Assembly (NCBI GenBank): GCA_963784505.1
Contig: CAWASY010000056.1
Coordinates: 7,952 to 71,951, forward strand
Direction: 5' to 3'
Length of the DNA stretch: 64,000 nucleotides
From: an uncultured beta proteobacterium
GTDB taxonomy: Bacteria > Pseudomonadota > Gammaproteobacteria > Burkholderiales > Gallionellaceae
The notes beneath the pieces are model-generated. The model ran no database searches and was not told the origin of the DNA. It saw only the letters and a program-made list of their open reading frames with translations. Positions within the stretch are counted from its first letter, which is position 1; each line of letters begins with the position of its first letter. The position numbers and the translations under genes were made by a program. This document shows, one piece after another, positions 41,043-50,952 of the stretch.

Positions 41043-42512
41043 ATGCTAGCACAACTCACGCTTTACAAGACCCTGCCCGACAAACTGACTGGTACTTACA
41101 CGCTGGTAATTTTTCCAAAAAGCAAAAATTTGCCGGATGATCTTCCCCATGTCGATCTGCTTCGCGCTGTCATTGCGCGGCGCGACATGAAGGCAAGTGA
41201 GTTGGTCAAAACACCGGTTGCTGCAAATGAGGTCGATGGCAGACTGATCGTGTGGGCTATGCTGGATTTTACCAAAGATACCTTTTTGCAGCAGGTTTTT
41301 TTGCGTAGCGCATTGCAATTATTGCTGGCTGAACATCCGAAACAGATCGCCATTACGGTGGCGGGCGACGATGAGCAAAGACAGTGTGCTGCGAAACTGG
41401 CGCTCTATGTGGCCTGGGTGAATGGCGCACTGCTGCCTACCCATAAAAGAAAGGACGAAAATCGTGCGCTGAAAAAAATCGCGCTGTATGGTTTCGACGA
41501 CAGGAAGATCGGTTTAGCCATCAAGGCGCAGGCGTCCGGCAATTTGCTGTGCCGTAGCCTGACGGTGTTGCCACCGAATGAGTTGACTCCTGCGCTGTAT
41601 CGCAAGCGCGTACAAAAACTGGCCCTTGATCATGCATGGAAATATGCCGAATATGACATGAAGGCATTGCGCAAAATGGGGGCGGGTGCATTTGTCGCGG
41701 TCGCACAAGGTAGTGACGTTGAGGATGCGGCCATTGTGCATCTGTCCTATAAACACCCAAAGGCCCTTCGACAAGGCTCAGGGCAGGCCACAAAGACCGT
41801 CGCATTGGTCGGCAAGGGCATTTGTTTCGATACTGGCGGCCACAACCTCAAACCGTCCCGTTACATGCACAACATGCACGAGGATATGAACGGCTCCGCA
41901 GTGGTTTTGGGGATATTGCAGGCTGCGACGATGCAGAATTTGCCAGTGAACATCGACTGTTGGCTTGCGATTGCACAGAATCATATTAGCCCAAAGGCTT
42001 ACAAACAGAACGATATCGTCACGGCGCTTAATGGCACGAGCATAGAAGTGATTCATACCGATGCGGAAGGGCGCATGGTACTGGCCGATACGCTCACGCT
42101 CGCATCGCGTGAAAAACCGGATTTGATGATCGATTTTGCAACGCTCACCGGCAGCATGGAGGAGGCGGTGGGGAACCGTTATTCGGGCGTGTTGGGTAAT
42201 CGCGATAAACTTTTATCTCGGGCGGTGCGTGTCGGGAAGTCAACCGGCGAGCGTCTCTGTGCGTTTCCTATGGACGAGGACTACGAAGTCGCGCTCGAAT
42301 CCAAATTTGCCGATATCAAGCAATGCATGTTGGAGGGGGGGGCTGACCACATCCTCGCGATGCGTTTTTTGAACCGTTTCGTCGAGCACGATACGCCTTG
42401 GTTGCATGTCGATCTATCCGCCAGCCGCTGTGAGGATGGTTTGGGCGCTGTCGGTACAGACGTGACGGGTTTCGGGGTGGCTTGGGGAGTCGCGATGCTG
42501 CAAAGCATGTAG
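41043..42512 (+). CDS. M17 leucyl aminopeptidase family protein
   Basis: VGKGICFDTGG, DMNGS, HTDAEGRMVLAD, DFATLTG. Confidence 0.9.
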   Translation: MLAQLTLYKTLPDKLTGTYTLVIFPKSKNLPDDLPHVDLLRAVIARRDMKASELVKTPVAANEVDGRLIVWAMLDFTKDTFLQQVFLRSALQLLLAEHPKQIAITVAGDDEQRQCAAKLALYVAWVNGALLPTHKRKDENRALKKIALYGFDDRKIGLAIKAQASGNLLCRSLTVLPPNELTPALYRKRVQKLALDHAWKYAEYDMKALRKMGAGAFVAVAQGSDVEDAAIVHLSYKHPKALRQGSGQATKTVALVGKGICFDTGGHNLKPSRYMHNMHEDMNGSAVVLGILQAATMQNLPVNIDCWLAIAQNHISPKAYKQNDIVTALNGTSIEVIHTDAEGRMVLADTLTLASREKPDLMIDFATLTGSMEEAVGNRYSGVLGNRDKLLSRAVRVGKSTGERLCAFPMDEDYEVALESKFADIKQCMLEGGADHILAMRFLNRFVEHDTPWLHVDLSASRCEDGLGAVGTDVTGFGVAWGVAMLQSM

Positions 42513-42712
42513 TATGTGACTTTCTAGCGAGCCGCCAATTGTTTTTAGCATTGGGGATGTTATGAAAGTGTTGTTGCAGTTATTGGACTTTAAACCCGAT
42601 TTTTGCCCGAGATGGTTGTTTTTGCTGCTGACAGTGAGTGGTGCGCTGGCGTTGTCATACGTGGGCTTGATCGGTTTATGGTTTGCGTCTACACAGTTAA
42701 ATATGCTCTGAT

Positions 42713-43174
42713 CTATGTGTTGCTGGTGAGGGTAATTGCGATCACATAATAACGTGCAAATTTGCCAATAGCCATAAACAGTGCTGCCTGCCACCCGTTC
42801 AGACGCAACCATCCTGCGGCCAGACACAACGCATCGCCGATCAGCGGTGCCCAGGCGAGCAACAGTGCAGGGGTGCCATAGCGGCGCAGTTGCTCGACAT
42901 GTTTGAGTTGCCGGGTTTGTACATGCAGTGAATGCGCAGGTGTGGACAGGGTAGCCTTGCTGCCAATTTTGTTTTGCGGCAGTAACCATCCCATCCAAAA
43001 ACTCACCATACCGCCCAGCGTGTTGCCGATTGTGCCAATTATCAGCGCGGTCCACAGTGCATCAGGATAGTTTTTCAGCACGGCAAATAGAACCGCCTCC
43101 GAACCGCCCGGTAGTAAGGTGGCGGCCAGGAAGCTGCTGATAAATAGTGATAACAGGCTGGTGGTTTCGTTCAT
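42713..43174 (-). CDS. YqaA/DedA-family membrane protein with a 19-aa insert
   Basis: SSFLAATLLPGGSEA, GNTLGG, WAPLIGDALC, GKFARY. Confidence 0.88.
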   Translation of the reverse strand: MNETTSLLSLFISSFLAATLLPGGSEAVLFAVLKNYPDALWTALIIGTIGNTLGGMVSFWMGWLLPQNKIGSKATLSTPAHSLHVQTRQLKHVEQLRRYGTPALLLAWAPLIGDALCLAAGWLRLNGWQAALFMAIGKFARYYVIAITLTSNT

Positions 43175-43284
43175 GGACGCACATCATTTTCGTTGTGCTT
43201 GGCGATAGTAAGGGGTGCCTCATCAGTCAATAGTTCGTGATTGTATAAGACGGAAATCCACAAGTTTTAAATCCACCATCGGTA

Positions 43285-43305
43285 AATCGGGGTCAGACCC
43301 CGATT
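43285..43305. repeat. Short palindrome AATCGGGGTC-A-GACCCCGATT (REP-like)
   Basis: Perfect inverted repeat downstream of the DUF4197 gene. Confidence 0.55.
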
Positions 43306-43318
43306 ATCTACCGATAAT

Positions 43319-44116
43319 CTAGAATTTTATGGCCGAGAATACTTTCTGAGCTAGCGAACCTGCTGCCTGCATCGGGTTGGCACGTATCGCCTTTTCCTGT
43401 TCTGCGATCATCAGGAACAGGCCGTCCATGGCCTTGCGGGTAATGTAGTCATCCAGTTTCGCATCCTTTTGATCCACTAGGCCAAGCTGGGCACCTTTGC
43501 CTGCAAACTGGTCATATTTTTCGGCCAGTTTGACCTTTTGCATTGCATTGCCCACGATAGGCTTGAATTTTCCTGTCAGCGCAGCTTCGGTGTTCTTGCG
43601 GAAATATTGCGTGGCCGAATCGTTGCCCCCCAGCAGTATGCCCTTGGCATCCTGCACTGACATGTTTTTAACCGCACCGATCAGCAGTGTTTTCGCTTCA
43701 GGAACGGCAGCTTCGGCGGCCCTGTTCATTGAGGTAGTCAGTTCATCTGCATATTTTCCCATACCCACGGTTCGCAATAGTCCATCTGCCTTTTGCAGAC
43801 TATCCGGCAAGGGGATGCGAACCTTGTCATTACCCAAAAACCCATCCGGTTTGGACAGACTAGCAACGGCAGTTTCTGCACCCTGGGTCAGTGCCTGCTT
43901 CAGACTGCCGACCTGATCCTTGTTGCTGAAGTTGGACAGCGCGCTGGGTGAGGTCTGGCCTGAAGGTGCAGTGGGTGCTGCCGGTTGGGCTGGTGCTGTT
44001 TGAGCGGGCGCAGTATTGAGTTTGCCCAACTGATCCTTGAGATTGCCCAGGTCAAAAGCCTGTGCGGATGCGGCCAGCAAGAGCAGCGGAACAAATGATG
44101 CATAAGGTGATTTCAT
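43319..44116 (-). CDS. DUF4197 family exported protein
   Basis: Signal peptide; LKQALTQGA, VRIPLP, MNRAAEAA, EKAIRANP. Confidence 0.85.
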   Translation of the reverse strand: MKSPYASFVPLLLLAASAQAFDLGNLKDQLGKLNTAPAQTAPAQPAAPTAPSGQTSPSALSNFSNKDQVGSLKQALTQGAETAVASLSKPDGFLGNDKVRIPLPDSLQKADGLLRTVGMGKYADELTTSMNRAAEAAVPEAKTLLIGAVKNMSVQDAKGILLGGNDSATQYFRKNTEAALTGKFKPIVGNAMQKVKLAEKYDQFAGKGAQLGLVDQKDAKLDDYITRKAMDGLFLMIAEQEKAIRANPMQAAGSLAQKVFSAIKF

Positions 44117-44124
44117 GGGAATTC

Positions 44125-45899
44125 CTATTTTTTGCGCGGTGGCATAAGATCGGTAATGGTGCCCTCGGCCATCTCGGCGGCGAAACACAGCGTTTCCGAC
44201 AGGGTTGGGTGAGGGTGGATGGTCAGGCCGATGTCTTCCATGTCTGCGCCCATTTCCAGCGCCAGCACCGCTTCAGCGATCAATTCGCCTGCATTGATAC
44301 CGACGATGCCAGCGCCCAGGATGCGGCGAGATACCGGATCAAGCAGCACCTTGGTCAATCCTTCTTCGCGCCCTACAGACAGTGCCCGGCCTGATGCGGC
44401 CCAGGGGAAACTACCTTTTTCATAGGCGATACCCTGTGCCTTTGCCTGTGTTTCCGTCAGACCCATCCAGGCGATTTCAGGATCGGTGTAGGCAACCGAC
44501 GGGATGGTCATCGGCTCGAAGAATGCCTTGTGTCCGGCGATGTTTTCTGCAGCCACCTTGCCTTCGTGCACGGCCTTGTGTGCCAGCATCGGGTCGCCGA
44601 CGATGTCGCCGATCGCATAGATGTGCGGTACGTTGGTGCGCTGCTGCTTGTCAACCGGAATGAAACCGCGCTCATTCACGATCAGACCTGCAGTCTCGGC
44701 ACTGATTTCGCGACCGTTCGGGCGACGACCGACGGCCATCAGCACACGGTCGTACAGTTGCGGTTCGGGTGCCTGTTCGCCTTCGAAGGTCACGCGCAAG
44801 CCTTCTGGCAGCGCTTCGATTTTTGTTACTTTAGTTTTTAGGTAGATCGCTTCATAACGTTTCGCGATGCGTGTATGAAGCGGTTTGACCATGTCTTTGT
44901 CGGCGCCGGGGATGAGTTGATCCATCAGTTCAACCACGGATATTTTGCTGCCAAGTGCGTCATACACGGTTGCCATTTCAAGGCCGATGATGCCGCCACC
45001 CAGAATCAGCAGGCGTTTTGGTACATCGGACAATGCAAGTGCGCCGGTCGAATCGATGATGCGCGGATCGTCGTAGGGAAAACCTGGAATGCGCGCAACG
45101 CTGGAGCCTGCCGCGACAACGCAATGGTCGAAGGTGATGATTTTTTCACCTTCAGGAGTCAGCACGGCAATCGAATTGGCTGACGTGAATTTTGCCGTAC
45201 CTTGCACCACTTGCACCTTGCGCTGTTTTGCCAGTTGTTTGAGGCCACCGGTCAGCTTGCCGATGATGCCCTCTTTCCAGGTGCGGATCTGGTCGATGTC
45301 GATCGCAGGCTTGGCAAAGGTCACGCCGTGGTGCGCGACTTCTTCGGCTTCGGTGATGACTTTTGCGACATGCAGGAGTGCCTTGGAGGGGATGCAGCCG
45401 ACATTCAGGCATACACCGCCCAGTGAGGCGTGCTTTTCGATCAATACTACCTGTTTGCCCAGATCGGCTGCGCGGAATGCAGCGGTGTAGCCGCCGGGGC
45501 CTGCGCCCAAAACCAGCACTTCGGCGTGTATTGCCTGTCCCGAGCCTGTCGAAGGATCGCCTTGTGTGACGGGAAGGGGGGAGAGGGAAGGGGAAGGGTT
45601 GGTGCATCAGTCGTTGATTGTGGGGCGAGCGTGCTTGCAACTGGTGCAGGGGCAGTAGCGCTGCTTTCCAGCATCAGAATGACAGAACCTTCCGATACCT
45701 TGTCGCCGACTTTGACCCTTAGTTCCCTGATGATGCCATCAAATGGGCTGGGCACTTCCATCGCGGCCTTGTCCGTTTCGAGCGTGATGAGTGACTGTTC
45801 CTTTGCTACGGTGTCGCCTGGCTTGACGGCTACTTCGATGATTGAAATATCCTTGAAATCGCCGATGTCCGGCACTTTTACTTCGATGGTTTGGCTCAT
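44125..45899 (-). pseudogene. lpdA: Dihydrolipoamide dehydrogenase with N-terminal lipoyl domain, split by an apparent frameshift in the linker
   Basis: Lipoyl domain (ETDKAAMEVP) and E3 (GGVCLNVGCIPSK, HPHPTLSE) lie in different frames; may be a sequencing error. Confidence 0.85.
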
Positions 45900-45914
45900 A
45901 TTTTCTCCGTGTAT

Positions 45915-45940
45915 CGTCATTCCCGCGCAGGCGGGAATCC
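45915..45940 (+). repeat. CGTC-type REP (CGTCATTCCCGCGCAGGCGGGAATCC)
   Basis: Further copies at 47845-47872, 47902-47928, 48008-48034, 51193-51220, 51285-51311, 58417-58443 (degenerate), 58463-58490; interrupted copies at 47379-47521 and 50995-51160. Confidence 0.9.
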
Positions 45941-46000
45941 TGCTGCTTTATTAAAATTCCTTTGGCTCAATCAACAATCAACAATCAACAATCCTAAATC

Positions 46001-47260
46001 TTAAAGTCTGATCTGTCCGTTGCCCAGTACGATGTATTTCTGAGAGGTCAGTCCTTCGAGACCTACCGGGCCGCGCGCATGGATTTTGTCGGTGGAGATG
46101 CCGATTTCGGCACCCAGTCCATATTCAAAACCATCGGCAAAGCGCGTCGAGGCATTCACCATCACGCTGGATGAATCCACCTCGCGCAAAAAACGCATCG
46201 CACGGGTGTAATTTTCAGTCACGATGCTGTCAGTGTGCTGTGAACTATATTTGTTGATATGTTCAATCGCCTCATCAAGACCCTCGACGACACGGATACT
46301 CAAAATTGCTGCCAGATATTCGGTGTGCCAGTCTTGTTCGGTAGCCGGCTTCATGTCTGCGATTAGTTCGCAGGCGGTTGCATCGCCGCGCAATTCTACG
46401 CCAATATCACGGTATAGTTTACAAAGTGGTGGCAGCACGGTAGCCGCGACATTTTTTGCGACCAGCAGGGTTTCCATCGCATTGCACACGCCGTAGCGAT
46501 GCGTCTTGGCATTGACAGCGATGTCGATCGCCTTTGAAAGATCCGCCTCGTCGTCGATATAGACATGGCAGATACCGTCCAGATGCTTGATGACCGGCAC
46601 AGTGGCATCGCTGGAAATGCGTGCAATCAGGCTTTTTCCGCCGCGCGGCACGATGACGTCCACATACTCCTTCATGGTGATGAGTTCACCCACGGCAGCG
46701 CGATCGGTTGTCGCAACAACCTGAACGGCTGTTTCCGGCAGTCCGGCAGCGATCAGGCCTGCATGTACGCAGGCGGCGATGGCGCAATTGGAATGGATGG
46801 CTTCGGAGCCACCGCGCAAAATCGCCGCATTGCCCGATTTGATGCACAGTCCTGCCGCATCCGCCGTGACGTTGGGGCGGGATTCGTAAATGATGCCGAT
46901 TACACCCAGCGGCACACGCATCTTGCCGACCTGAATGCCGGATGGACGGAAATTCAGATCGCTGATGCTGCCTATCAAATCAGGTAGCGCCGCGATTTGC
47001 AGCAGACCTTCGGCCATGGCGTTGACCGTTTTGGCCGATAGCATCAGCCTGTCGATGGACGCTTCATCCAGACCGCTGGCGCGTGCGGCCACCACATCCT
47101 GTGCATTCGCTTCGAGCAATTGCGCAGTCTGGTGCTGCAAGGCGGCTGCGATTTCAGTCAGTGCGCGATTTTTGGTGGCAGTATTGGCCTGCGCCATGAT
47201 GCGGGATGCTGCACGGGCATTTTTGCCTGTTTGTTGCATGTATTCGACGATATTTTCCAT
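46001..47260 (-). CDS. proA: Gamma-glutamyl phosphate reductase
   Basis: [43 protein letters not shown]. Confidence 0.96.
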   Translation of the reverse strand: MENIVEYMQQTGKNARAASRIMAQANTATKNRALTEIAAALQHQTAQLLEANAQDVVAARASGLDEASIDRLMLSAKTVNAMAEGLLQIAALPDLIGSISDLNFRPSGIQVGKMRVPLGVIGIIYESRPNVTADAAGLCIKSGNAAILRGGSEAIHSNCAIAACVHAGLIAAGLPETAVQVVATTDRAAVGELITMKEYVDVIVPRGGKSLIARISSDATVPVIKHLDGICHVYIDDEADLSKAIDIAVNAKTHRYGVCNAMETLLVAKNVAATVLPPLCKLYRDIGVELRGDATACELIADMKPATEQDWHTEYLAAILSIRVVEGLDEAIEHINKYSSQHTDSIVTENYTRAMRFLREVDSSSVMVNASTRFADGFEYGLGAEIGISTDKIHARGPVGLEGLTSQKYIVLGNGQIRL

Positions 47261-47277
47261 GACTACTCCGTTTGATT

Positions 47278-47364
47278 CGTCATCCCCCGAATGCTTTAGT
47301 CGGGGATTTGGTTAAGAGTGTTCCGATCGACTCGTCATCCCCGAATGCTTTAGTCGGGGATCCA
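47278..47364 (+). repeat. Two copies of a second CGTC REP variant (CGTCATCCCCGAATGCTTTAGTCGGGGAT)
   Basis: Direct copies at 47278-47307 and 47333-47364. Confidence 0.85.
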
Positions 47365-47545
47365 GCGCCTTTATATTGCTGGGTTCCCGCCTGATAAAAC
47401 AACTAGCCATTCCACTGATGAAACAACCCTAACTATCGCTAAGCACAGTAAAGCTGTGCAAGCGTTAGTTGGTAAGCGCGGTGATACATGCGCTAAGTCG
47501 CTGGTTATGCGCGGGAACGACAAAACCGAATAAATCAGCATCCAG

Positions 47546-47830
47546 TTAAATAATTTCATTCCATAAATCTCGCCATTCAGGATTGAATGATTCTATCAAT
47601 CGAATCTTCCAAGCCCGATCCCACTTTTTGATTTGTTTTTCGCGAGTAATGGCGGGCAACATGTCGTCGTGAAGTTCAAAATAAACCAAATGATGCACGT
47701 TGTAGTGTTTGGTAAACCCTTCAACGACATTATTCTTGTGTTCCCAAACGCGTTTGATTAAATCGCTTGTCACCCCTGTGTACAAGGTGCCGTTGCGTTG
47801 GCTGGCAAGAATATAGACGGCAGGCTGCAT
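47546..47830 (-). CDS. Small GIY-YIG nuclease (UPF0213-like)
   Basis: VYILAS..NGTLYTGVTSDLIKRVWEH, AITREKQIKKW, NPEWRDL. Confidence 0.92.
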   Translation of the reverse strand: MQPAVYILASQRNGTLYTGVTSDLIKRVWEHKNNVVEGFTKHYNVHHLVYFELHDDMLPAITREKQIKKWDRAWKIRLIESFNPEWRDLWNEII

Positions 47831-48038
47831 GGGCGGTAATTCTACTGGATTCCCGCCTTCGCGGGAATGACGTAGATCCTGCACTCATTTTAACATTAAC
47901 ACCGTCATTCCCGCGAAGGCGGGAATCCATGGGGTTTTGTTGATTGGCGTGTAAGTGACTTGGTTGATGGTAAAATTGCCGTCCCACTGCGTGGGCTTTA
48001 TAAATTACTGGATTCCCGCCTGCGCGGGAATGACAACA

Positions 48039-48857
48039 ATGTCCGACATATTAAATAAAATTCTGGCAGTTAAAACTCAGGAAGTGGCTGCGGATCGTGC
48101 CAGCAAACCGCTGGAGGTTGTGCGCGCCGAACTTGAGCGGGCTGATACGCCACGCGATTTTGTCGGCGCAATTCGCAACAAGATCGCCCAGGGGTCGCCT
48201 GCCGTGATAGCCGAAATCAAGAAGGCAAGTCCGAGCAAGGGGGTGTTGCGACAGGATTTCAATCCCGCCGAAATTGCCGCCAGCTATGAAGCGCATGGCG
48301 CGGCCTGTTTGTCCGTGTTGACCGATGTGCAGTTTTTTCAGGGCAGTGAGGACTATTTGAAACAGGCGCGTGCAGCCTGCAAGCTGCCTGTGCTACGCAA
48401 GGATTTTATCGTCGATGAATACCAGATTTATCATGCGCGGGCGATGGGGGCGGATGCCATACTGCTGATTGCGGCAGCGCTGGATCTGACGACGATGCAG
48501 GCCTTTGAAGCGCTCGCAAATAGTCTCGGCATGGCTGTGCTGGTGGAAGTTCACAATTCAGAAGAGTTGGATGCCGCGCTACAACTGGCCACGCCCTTAA
48601 TCGGCGTGAATAACCGCAACCTGCGCACCTTCGAAGTCAGTCTGCAAACCACGCTGGATTTGCTGCCGCGTATAAGTTCCCCCCGCCCTCTGGGAGAGGG
48701 GGGGCGTATCGTTGTGACCGAAAGCGGAATATTGAATCCGGCGGACGTTGCACTGATGCGCAGCCATCAGGTAAATGCATTTCTGGTCGGGGAAGCATTC
48801 ATGCGTGCCGATGAGCCGGGTATCGAACTGGCGAGGGTGTTTGGCTTAGTGATGTAA
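48039..48857 (+). CDS. trpC: Indole-3-glycerol phosphate synthase
   Basis: [36 protein letters not shown]. Confidence 0.96.
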   Translation: MSDILNKILAVKTQEVAADRASKPLEVVRAELERADTPRDFVGAIRNKIAQGSPAVIAEIKKASPSKGVLRQDFNPAEIAASYEAHGAACLSVLTDVQFFQGSEDYLKQARAACKLPVLRKDFIVDEYQIYHARAMGADAILLIAAALDLTTMQAFEALANSLGMAVLVEVHNSEELDAALQLATPLIGVNNRNLRTFEVSLQTTLDLLPRISSPRPLGEGGRIVVTESGILNPADVALMRSHQVNAFLVGEAFMRADEPGIELARVFGLVM

Positions 48858-49177
48858 CTGCAAGGTTGTCGTGCGAGACCTGTCACCGGCCTTGTTTGTG
48901 TGTGTGCTGCCGTGATTTCGTCGCGCTTGCTGTCCTGGCTAAGTAAGCTGGACTTGAGTATCTGTATGGGTACGGCAGCCATGAATTGTGTCACCATCGA
49001 TACGCTAATCCCTACGATGGTAAAAAAGGGGTTTAGCGTTCGTGCGGGGATGGGCGCAATATCGAGCGGTAGTAATGGCACAACAACACGCGTATTAAGG
49101 TGATCTAGCAAATCTGCCTGAACATCAAGCAAATAGCCGATCCCTTCGGCATTCCTGGAAATATTGAACCGCGCCAT
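48767..49177 (-). pseudogene. ccdB: CcdB-like toxin with aberrant C-terminus
   Basis: YLLDVQADLL..LNTRVVVPLLP...LNP...RDEITAA, then unrelated read-through into trpC antisense. Confidence 0.7.
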
Positions 49178-49421
49178 CAGAAACCTCGATAGCGGTTAAG
49201 CGGAAGACCGTTCGATTCGATATATGAATTTGAGCTTTCCAGTGCAGCCTGATTGGTTTCCAGCCATAGTGCGGCGCGCCTTTTGCCACCGCCTGTGCCA
49301 GACCCGACTCGGCTGCTTGTGAGATATTGATATGCAGTAACCTGGCTTCGCTCAGCAGTGCAGTGTCTATGGTAACGTTGGTTGCCTTGCGCAAGGGTAA
49401 TTGAATAGATGCTGTTGACAT
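49177..49421 (-). pseudogene. ccdA: CcdA-like antitoxin, frameshifted
   Basis: RKATNVTID..LLSEARLLHINISQAAE in one frame and WLETNQAALESSNSYIESNGLPL in another; shift at the T4 run 49281-49284. Confidence 0.8.
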
Positions 49422-49732
49422 AGCGGCCCCCGGAAAGTAATGGTGATAAATGTTGGCATAAATTACAACATTGGGGGTGCTGTAAGCCGGAAATCGAGCT
49501 GGTGAAGATTTTTGGGGGAAAGGGATAATGGGTGATAGGGGGTATTACTAGGGGGTGGGCCGTGTTGTTGCAAAAATGCAACAGTTTGTGAAACTTTTGT
49601 TACAAACGGCTGATTCTGGTTGCGTGAAGGGTTTGGGTAAGGATAATCCGATCCCGAAGTTCAGGAACACGAACTTTCTATTCAGTGGGCAGCATGTGCT
49701 GCCGGCTAAAACGCAATAATCAGGAGTTACAC

Positions 49733-50797
49733 ATGCAAAAGAAAATTATCGCTCTGGCAATCGCCGCAGCAATCTCTACACCTGCTTTCGCTGACACAAC
49801 CGTATACGGCAAGCTGTCTGCAGATTTTGAATCCGTTAAGACAACTGCAGTTACTTTGCCTCTTGTTAACGCAACCAGCGTAAGCCGCGTAGCAACCAAT
49901 GCTTCCCGTTTCGGTGTTAAGGGTGCTGAAGATCTGGGCGATGGCCTGAGCGCTGTTTACCAGTATGAAGTACAGATGGACCTGAACGGTGCTGGTGGTA
50001 ACGGCCTAGGTAACGGTACCCGTAACAGTAACGTTGGTCTGAAGGGTGACTTCGGTACCGTAGCACTAGGTATCTGGGATACACCTTACAAGGTTGCACA
50101 CAACAAGAACGAACTGTTCGACAACACCACCTTCGCATCTGCAACCAACGTGTTGGGTCGTGTAGGTGCTGGTAGCTTCAATACCCGTCTGGCTAATTCG
50201 GTTCAGTACTGGACACCAAACCTGAATGGTTTCTCAGCTGCTGTTTCCTACGGCGCAGACAACACCCAGTTGGCAACAAAAAATGCATCGATGGTTTCGT
50301 TGTCAGGCGCATATGAAAATGATATGTTCTACGCAGCGTACGCTTACCAGTCACTGAAGGATTCAGCTTATACGAATGCAGCTGTTGCAACTGCTCTTGG
50401 TAACAAAACAGATGGCAATCGCGTCGTTGGCGCATTCAAGTTCGAAGGCGGTCAAGTTGGTCTGACTTACGAGCAGTTGAATGCTACTGCTGCTGGTGTT
50501 AAGAGCACTCGTAATGCATGGGAACTGATGGGTGCTTACAAGATGGGCGCCAACAATTTCGGTCTGTCTTACACCAAGGCCGGCAATCTGGGTGCTGCTG
50601 TAAATACCGGTGCCAAGCAACTGTCTCTGCGTTATGGTTACCAGTTCTCCAAGCGTACAGAAGCATTTGCAATGTACTCTGCTCTGACCAACGATGCAGC
50701 TGGCACATTTAACACCAACGCTGGTAACATCATTACCGGTTCAGCAACTGGTGCAAAGTTGACTGGCTTCGGCGCAGGTCTGGTTCACACTTTCTGA
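49733..50797 (+). CDS. General outer membrane porin (betaproteobacterial Gram-negative porin family)
   Basis: Signal peptide, TVYG, SRFGVKGAEDLGDGL, YQFSKRT, C-terminal HTF; highly biased codons. Confidence 0.93.
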   Translation: MQKKIIALAIAAAISTPAFADTTVYGKLSADFESVKTTAVTLPLVNATSVSRVATNASRFGVKGAEDLGDGLSAVYQYEVQMDLNGAGGNGLGNGTRNSNVGLKGDFGTVALGIWDTPYKVAHNKNELFDNTTFASATNVLGRVGAGSFNTRLANSVQYWTPNLNGFSAAVSYGADNTQLATKNASMVSLSGAYENDMFYAAYAYQSLKDSAYTNAAVATALGNKTDGNRVVGAFKFEGGQVGLTYEQLNATAAGVKSTRNAWELMGAYKMGANNFGLSYTKAGNLGAAVNTGAKQLSLRYGYQFSKRTEAFAMYSALTNDAAGTFNTNAGNIITGSATGAKLTGFGAGLVHTF

Positions 50798-50921
50798 TAA
50801 AATAACTAGCCATTCCACTAAGCACATAAAACCGTGCCAAGTGGCTGGTTATAATAAACCAACACTCGCAAGGGTGATGGTTTAAACAGAAAATCCTGTA
50901 AAGGCGTAAGCCTGAACAGTT

Positions 50922-50952
50922 AAAAACGGGCACCTTCGGGTGTCCGTTTTTT
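50922..50952 (+). terminator. Intrinsic terminator after porin
   Basis: AAAAACGGGCACC-TTCG-GGTGTCCGTTTTTT. Confidence 0.88.

Noticed and set aside
50796-50852. Integron attC site or cassette array
   Set aside because: No intI in the window, the flanking genes are core genes, and the bulge pattern differs from attC; kept only as an analogy.
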